Positions 56,611 through 64,000 of a DNA stretch of 64,000 nt are shown here, in pieces. The position numbers were made by a program, and so were the translations under genes. Location: assembly GCA_964016885.1 (NCBI GenBank), contig OZ024742.1, forward strand, positions 320,912,001-320,976,000. Reading direction: 5' to 3'. The stretch comes from Eledone cirrhosa (lineage: Eukaryota). Numbering within the stretch: position 1 is the stretch's first letter; the number at the start of each line of letters is the position of its first letter. The notes below the pieces were generated by a model. That model was not told the DNA's origin. It was given only the letters and a program-made list of their open reading frames with translations, and made no database searches.

Positions 56611-57187
56611 TATACGAGCAAACACTCACACACACACACACACACACACAGACATATATATATATATAAAGAAAGAGAGAGAAATTAAGAGAAAGGGAGA
56701 GAGAGAGGGGGGAGAGATTGATTAATAGGTCTGGATAATCAAATGAACTATTGTGATAGTCATTGCTGATTACAGAGGTTAGGATGATGGTGACTGTTGT
56801 GAGGGTGATGTCGTTTGTTATTGTTGTTATTGTTGATGGTGGTGATTGTATGAAATAAGAGACGATGAAATAAGAGAGGAAACGTCCCCTCTACTGTCCG
56901 AACGACAAGAAAGTTCAAGTAGAGAACAAAAGACGACTTTATGAATGGTCGAATATTAAGACAGACATATATTATCAATGGTAGATCATTGAGGGAGGAA
57001 AAGCTCGTTCCAAGTAGGTTATTGTCTCATACCACCCCATCATCGTTTCCTTACGCACCATACCCTACACCATATACACCCCCTCGCACACACACCGACT
57101 GCCACCATTGCATCCTTCTCCCTTCCTTTCATTCTCTTTGTTTTTGTTCATTTATCAATCTTTGTATCATTCCACCCACTTCCTCTT

Positions 57188-57288
<101 letters not shown>

Positions 57289-57335
57289 GTGTATATATAT
57301 ATCTATATATCTATATATATATCTGTATATATATA

Positions 57336-57380
<45 letters not shown>

Positions 57381-57419
57381 GGATACTATTTATAGTTATG
57401 TATATTTTAAACTATAAAC

Positions 57420-57651
57420 AGGGAAGGTCAGTAATTTATTACTACCTTATTACCAGTAAGATAAATAGCTCAATGTAAGAACATCAGTTGTTCTACAGAG
57501 CAGTTATATAGAATTCACAAGAATCAAAGCTATGTTCAAAGCATTTATTCACTTACAATTGTTTCATCCAAACCTAGGCTTGGAGTCCTCGGAGCATTTT
57601 TCAATGTTTGTACATATAATTGATCTCCTATCCAACGCAAGAGACATACAG

Positions 57652-57745
<94 letters not shown>

Positions 57746-60304
57746 ATGTACAGTGGAGTGACATATATTATACTATACTATATTTGTACAGCAATTCAAA
57801 TTTTAAATCAAAATTAAAATACATGCGGCAGATAACACAGATAATGCAAGAGGATAGTTCGATAATCAGATCTAGTAGATAGTGTATGCGTTAGTCATCC
57901 ACGGTGCATGCAAGTGTGTCTCATTTATATACGAGTATTGTGTGGCAAGGTGTTACATGTAATGCAAGCACTTTAAGCGGGTAAGCAAGAGTATTATGGT
58001 GGTTGTAGTTGGAGGATATTTTTTGTATAGATCAAAAAAGTATGTGTGCAGAAAAAGAAAACGAAAAAGAAAAAGAAAAAGAAAAAGAAAAAGAAAAAGA
58101 AAAAGAAAAAGAAAACGAAACAGAAAAAGAAAAAGAAAAAGAAAAAGAAAAAGAAAAAGAAAAAGAAAGTTATAGTTTTCGCATCCACCACCATTTTCAC
58201 ATTCAGAAAAAGGAAGCTATAGTTTTCACATCCATCACATATGTTACGATGAGTTCGTATTGAATGTTTGATGTAGTAAATGATTGTAACGTATTGAGGC
58301 TCAGTGTTATTTAATCCATATGTATAGAATAGGTTCTTTCTGCTGCGAAGTAGGTGTGTAATTAAGGGGAGTTAATGCGTAAGGGGAGGTAACTAGCTGA
58401 TTCTCATAACTAAATTCATTGTTCTAACATACATTATATGGTGCCTCAATTGAGTCCCTTATATAAAAGGTTATATATTTATATTTAATTTTAAATACAG
58501 TCTACTCTATCATAATGTATTAAAGGTATCTATAGGAAGTTGATTACTCCTTATTATATATCGCTATAATTGTATTTCCCACACAAAGTGCTATATCTTT
58601 ATATCAAAATTCACTGTAAATACAGTCTACTCTCAAAACATATCAAAGGACCAATTAGAATTTTGTCTACATAGCCCCTGGTAAGCTATGGAGCAGAGTA
58701 CGGCTGTCTGCATGATAAAATCAAATACATCTCTTGGGTAAACAAATACATCCCTCATTTACAATGTCATTAATCTATCCATCAAGTTATACATGCATAT
58801 ATAATTCATATATAATTCATTGCACCACCCTACATATAAGTTAGACAGATTCCTTATGTTAATAAATTAATCCTATATATATTTGATGTTATTACTCCAT
58901 ACATTTAATTACAGATGCATATATAATTCACTGCCGTATCTAGTATTTAAAGTTTATATAGACTGTATTATATTTCAATCCCTATATAATTATAAGTAAT
59001 TAAAAGTAATTATATTAAAAGTTGGTGTTTATGGTGATATTTCTAGAGTATAAAGTTATAGATAGATAGAATGATTTGTGTCGAGGAAAGGGTGGATCAG
59101 AGAGTGTCGTGTAGTGGTGGAAGGCATGCCCTTGGGGTGTGGTGTTAGAAGCGGTGATGGGTTCAAGTCTCACATTGTTATATATTGGGTTTAAAGCTTT
59201 GGAAGGAGTGTCGGAAGCGTTGCTGGCACGACGCAAACACTTCCGATTTTTTTTATTAAGGAGGTTAAGGTTTGAAAAGCTTATAGTATGGGTCTCTAGT
59301 AGACAGAGGTTACAGAATTTATTAGGTGGTTTGTACGATGCCGCCTTGCCTATCACTTCCCATTGAAGAGTATATGATCTATTTCTAATTTTCAGATAGT
59401 GTATGTAGCTAGATAGTGAAGTGGAGTTGGCTAGACTGTGTTTTTTGAAAGAATGGAGATGTGAGTTGTATCTCGTTTTGAAGCAGTTCGAAGTAGAGCC
59501 TATATAGGTTTCAGAAGAGTTGCTAGTTCTGACCGTGCATGAGTAGATGATGTCCTTGATTAAGCAGTTTTTACCTAAAGGGCAAGTTCTATTAGATCTA
59601 CAGTTACATTAACGCATTAACTCCCCTTAATTACACACCTACTTCCGGATAATAAACCACTGTAAATTCTCGCAGCAGAAAGAACCTATTCTATACATAT
59701 GGATTAAATAACACTGAGCCTCAATACGTTACAATCATTTACTACATCAAACATTCAATACGAACTCATCGTAACATATGTGATGGATGTGAAAACTATA
59801 ACTTCCTTTTTCTGAATGTGAAAATGATTGTGGATGCGAAAACTATAACTTTCTTTTTCTTTTTCTTTTTCTTTTTCTTTTTCTTTTTCTTTTTCTTTTT
59901 CTTTTTCTTTTTCTTTCTCTTTTTCTTTTTCTTTTTCTTCACACATACTTTTTTTATCTATACAAAAAATATCCTCCAACTACAACCACCATAATACTCT
60001 TGCTTACCCGCTTAAAGTGCTTGCATTACATGTAACACCTTTCCACACAATAATCGTATATAAATGAGACACACTTGCATGCTCCATGTATGACTAACAC
60101 ATACACTATCTACTAGATCTGATTATCGAACTATCCTCTTGCATTATCTGTGTTATCTGCCGCATGTATTTTAATTTTGATTTAAAATTTGAATTGCTGT
60201 ACAAATATAGTATAGTATAATATATGTCACTCCACTGTACATCAATATATATATATGTGTATCTGTATGTCTCTTGCGTTGGATAGGAGGTCAATTATAT
60301 GTAC
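57420..60304 (-). mobile_element. Penelope-like element (Naiad-like) 3' fragment with inverted 5' pseudo-LTR arm
   Basis: Minus frame from 59608: CNCRSNRTCPLGKNCL..IIY..YIGSTSNCFKTRYNSH..SF..TSLS..LK..WEVI..Y..CNLCLLE..LLNKK (frameshift near 59250). 59612-60304 is an inverted copy of 57610-58380. The left boundary is approximate. Confidence 0.85.
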
Positions 60305-60712
60305 CCCGACGGCAGAGCTCAAGCCGTTTCGACGGCTATTTCTGGACTAAAAACATTTATTTAGTCCCTATTTCGCACTCTACTACTCTAAGTATTGAGT
60401 ACTCTGGTGCGTTATGGTCCACCTGGTTCCTTACCACAATTTCTTTGTTATATATATATATATATATACACACACATACATATATACATATACACATATG
60501 TGCCTATCTCTTTCGTTCTTCTATACACTGTTATTCTAATAAATATTTGCTCTAGTGTGCTTATATAGTTGATATATATTTATCCTTATCGAGCCCTCTT
60601 TTGATTTTAGTCTTCACATTTATTATTATTATCGCTACATATATTTTCAGAAGATCCCGTTAAGGGTGAAAGCAGCGATTCTTTGCTTAAACTTTAATCT
60701 GTTATTTTAATA

Positions 60713-60748
<36 letters not shown>

Positions 60749-61030
60749 AATACAAGCAGTCCTGGCATTGATAAATATTCTGGGTCCGTCAACTCATTAT
60801 ATATATATATATATATATGTCAACATGACTGAATCTGTTATTGTTATCTAAAAACATTTTTTCCAATTCCAACCCGCCCGTCCCCTCAATCTATCTTATT
60901 TCTCATTCTTTTATCTGATGAATGAGTAGCGTCCGAAACGTTAAGACCCTCTTCCTGCTATATCAAGTGTTAACCTAATATATCCCTTCCATATACTGTA
61001 CCGATTGTTTTGTTATTTCTGTTTACCTTT

Positions 61031-61072
<42 letters not shown>

Positions 61073-61396
61073 CGTGTGTGTGTCAGTGTGTAATGATTTA
61101 GCAAAATATCTTTAACTATTACACTTGTTATGTCTTTATAACTAATACATTTTTAATTGTGTGTTTAGTCTTCCATAAAGTTATAACGTTGTCCCAACTG
61201 TATTCTAAATACGTTTACGTTTCCGGAAGAGATATTTGGACATGTGTTTGATAATAAATATTTATGTTATTTATGTTAGTTAATAGATTCTGATGAGATC
61301 AATACGGCAGGAATTAATAATCCTGACACAATCTTTCTCAATAGATAATAGAAACGAAATATGAACGTAATATATATGTATTATATATATATATAG

Positions 61397-61583
61397 GGCG
61401 GTGGATTGGCAGTATCGGTAGAGGGTCGGACGCCATGCTTTCCAGCATAGTTACGTCCCTTTACGATCTGAGTTCAAATCCCGCCGAGGTTGACTTTGCC
61501 TTTCATCCTTACGGGGTCGATAAAATAAAGTACCAGTAATGAACTGGGTAATTGCTGGCCTTCTGCCTAAAGTAGAAACAATT
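61397..61583 (+). mobile_element. tRNA-derived SINE family 1 in a (TA)n tract
   Basis: Full-length copy nearly identical to 21888-22071. Confidence 0.92.
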
Positions 61584-61651
61584 ATATATATATATATATT
61601 ATATATATATATATATGTGTGTGTGTGTATATATATATATATGTGTGTGTG

Positions 61652-61685
<34 letters not shown>

Positions 61686-61851
61686 CATACACACACACAC
61701 ATATATATGTATATATATATATATGCAAAGGTTCTATTTAAATTGTTGGGATACAACAAGCAAATATTTTTATAACTGGAGTCTTCCAACAGTAATGGGT
61801 TGCATTTTGTAAGGGTACATCAATATTTATTTATAAAACTGGTATATATTG

Positions 61852-61916
61852 TATTTTGTCTGATGAAAGCATACCATAATTTAACATGGTATCCGTGAAA
61901 TATGTATAATAAAATA
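61852..61916 (+). ncRNA. Type I hammerhead ribozyme, family B
   Basis: tattttgt-CTGATGA-aagc-atacca(loop)tggtat-ccgt-GAAA-tatgta-TA^ataaaata. Confidence 0.7.
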
Positions 61917-62392
61917 GATATGGTTTTATAAATATAGTTTCCATTTGTTAATATCGTATATATATATACATATATATATATACATGTGAGAAAAACCACC
62001 CACCCTCCATCTCAACTCTACTTTGAAAAGCAGAAGAACTGCGAAACCGGTAAAGGAACCAAATAAATATATATATATATATTTTTAAATAAGACTCCAG
62101 TTGCATTTTCGATTTCATTTTTTTTTCTTTATACTTTCACTCGTGTAGGACACCTCGGTTATTTTTCATTTTGTTAAAAAAATCTCACTTTCTAATATAT
62201 ATATATACAGATTAGAGCAAACATCACGAGCGCTCTATCTCAAAATTATTTTTGAAAAGCATTAGAAATGCGCAACCGGTAAAAACTTAAAACTAAAACT
62301 GAATTCTAACCAATACTTATTACTAATTTATACTTATTCCTAATTAAACTATTTTCACTGGGAAACTTTGTCAGCGTTTTCTTTTCCTTTTA

Positions 62393-62472
<80 letters not shown>

Positions 62473-62954
62473 TACACACACACATATATACTAGGTGGCC
62501 CCGTGCCATCAAAAATGTCTGCTAATTGTAATAGCTATACATAATATAAAAAAGAGATATTTGTTGGTTGGTTGGTTTCTTTGCATTTACTAACACAAGT
62601 GATACAAACATACAAACACACAGCTGTGACTTCTATAGTTTCTCAGCCCCTGCCTTCCTCAGTCAACGTTATCACCCTTCCTTCCTCAGTCATCTCTGTG
62701 ATCACCACAAGCCAACTGATGAGAAATGACTGTCCTGTGTTTCATCCATTTGTATGTTTTGAAACGTAAAACGACCTGCGTTCTCTGTTCTCTCATATCT
62801 CTCTCTCTCTATCTCCCCCCCCCCCCCCCCCTCGTCCCGCTTCCCCCTCTCACACACACATTTTCTTTCTCACTTCGCCTTCAGTGCATACTTTCTCTGT
62901 TCTCTAGTTGCAGCAGGCTTGTAGCAAATTTTATTTTATTTGTAAATAGTCGAA

Positions 62955-63400
62955 AGATGAAACCAAGGAACCCCACAAATCTGGCAGGCCCAAAGGTGAC
63001 GTACAGGATAAAGTGGGAAGAATTGGTGGATAAGGAAGTCAAGACCAGATATGTAGATTCTATTGCAAATAGAGAACTCCCTGAGCAAACTGAGAACGTT
63101 GAGACAGAGTGGAGATTGTTTATGATTGTTTAAATGCTGCGGGAGAAAGAAGCTTGGTGTGGTGTCAGAATACAGGAGGACCCTTTGGTTCAATCAAGAA
63201 GTCAAAGATGCCATCCGAGCAAAGAAATATGCTTACAAAGCTTGGCTTGGAAATAGGTCCTCCTTCTTGTATATGCGGTACAAGCAGACACGAATAATCG
63301 CTGCAGAGACAGTAAAGGCGTCCATAGTTAAGACATGGGGAAAATTTTGGGTTAAGCTGGAACCCGACTTCAGATCAGCGAATGAAGTGTACTCAAAATT
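62955..63400 (+). mobile_element. RTE-clade LINE fragment (linker between APE and RT), decayed
   Basis: RIKWEEL, VETEWRLF, CG, TLWFNQEVKDAIRAKK, VK...W..F, with a stop/frameshift. Confidence 0.7.
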
Positions 63401-64000
63401 TTAAAGGTAATTCAAGTAATTTAAGGTGATTTGGCTTCTGTTTCTACATGGTTGAGCGACTTACGTAGAGGGGTACTTGTTGACACGACATTGCACAACG
63501 GTATTTAGTAAAGCTACGGCGGCGAAATGGCGGTCGCTTGTGGCGCCACCTAGTTCCTAAATTTTTTTATATTTACATACTCATTAAACGTACAACACTG
63601 CGTCACAGCAAAACAGTTATACAGTCAACAAGGAATTTGTTTCTTTCTTTGCTCTTCCTTTTCATATTATCATCATTATCGTTATTATTATTTTTATTAT
63701 AATTATTCTTTCACCTATAATAACAATAATAAAAATAATTATAATACAGATAATGTTGAGGAGTGCCGCCATATTTACAGAGCTCAAAGAGATACAGCCA
63801 AATTTTGCAACACCTTTTATATGTAAGCCTATTAATACATAATAGGTTTCAAATATTGGTAAAAGTAAATAATGATAATGATCGCATACATAATATGGTG
63901 GTGTGTGTGTATATATATATATATGTGTGTGTGTGTATATATATATATATACATATATTCATATATAAATATATATATATATAATATGTGTGTGTGTATA

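Noticed and set aside
60915-60950. CTGATGA...GAAACGTTA hammerhead-like motif (also CTGATGA at about 61289)
   Set aside because: Stems I and II do not pair convincingly; at best decayed.

Overview
Eukaryotic, AT-rich, repeat-saturated DNA with no supportable host protein-coding gene and one 200-N gap. The tRNA-derived SINE families and dense (TA)n/(CA)n tracts suggest a cephalopod, probably Octopus (inference). Identifiable content: decayed non-LTR retrotransposons (Tx1, a near full-length CRE element nested in an R4/Dong element, a second R4 3' end, RTE), two Penelope-like (PLE) GIY-YIG endonuclease fragments (Nematis-like, Naiad-like), about ten SINE copies, a Helitron, MITEs and several minisatellites. 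The main signal is non-coding. A near-identical 310-bp tandem array at 16.9-19.0 kb has a type I hammerhead ribozyme in each of its 7 units, an inverted 5' arm and (TA)n flanks, i.e. a retrozyme-like element. Many other short hairpin-shaped or terminally redundant inserts in (TA)n tracts carry further hammerheads, including a U3-A8 core variant. Together these suggest ribozyme-processed, probably circular, non-autonomous RNAs copied into TA microsatellites by PLE machinery. All RNA folds were paired by eye; cleavage activity is untested.
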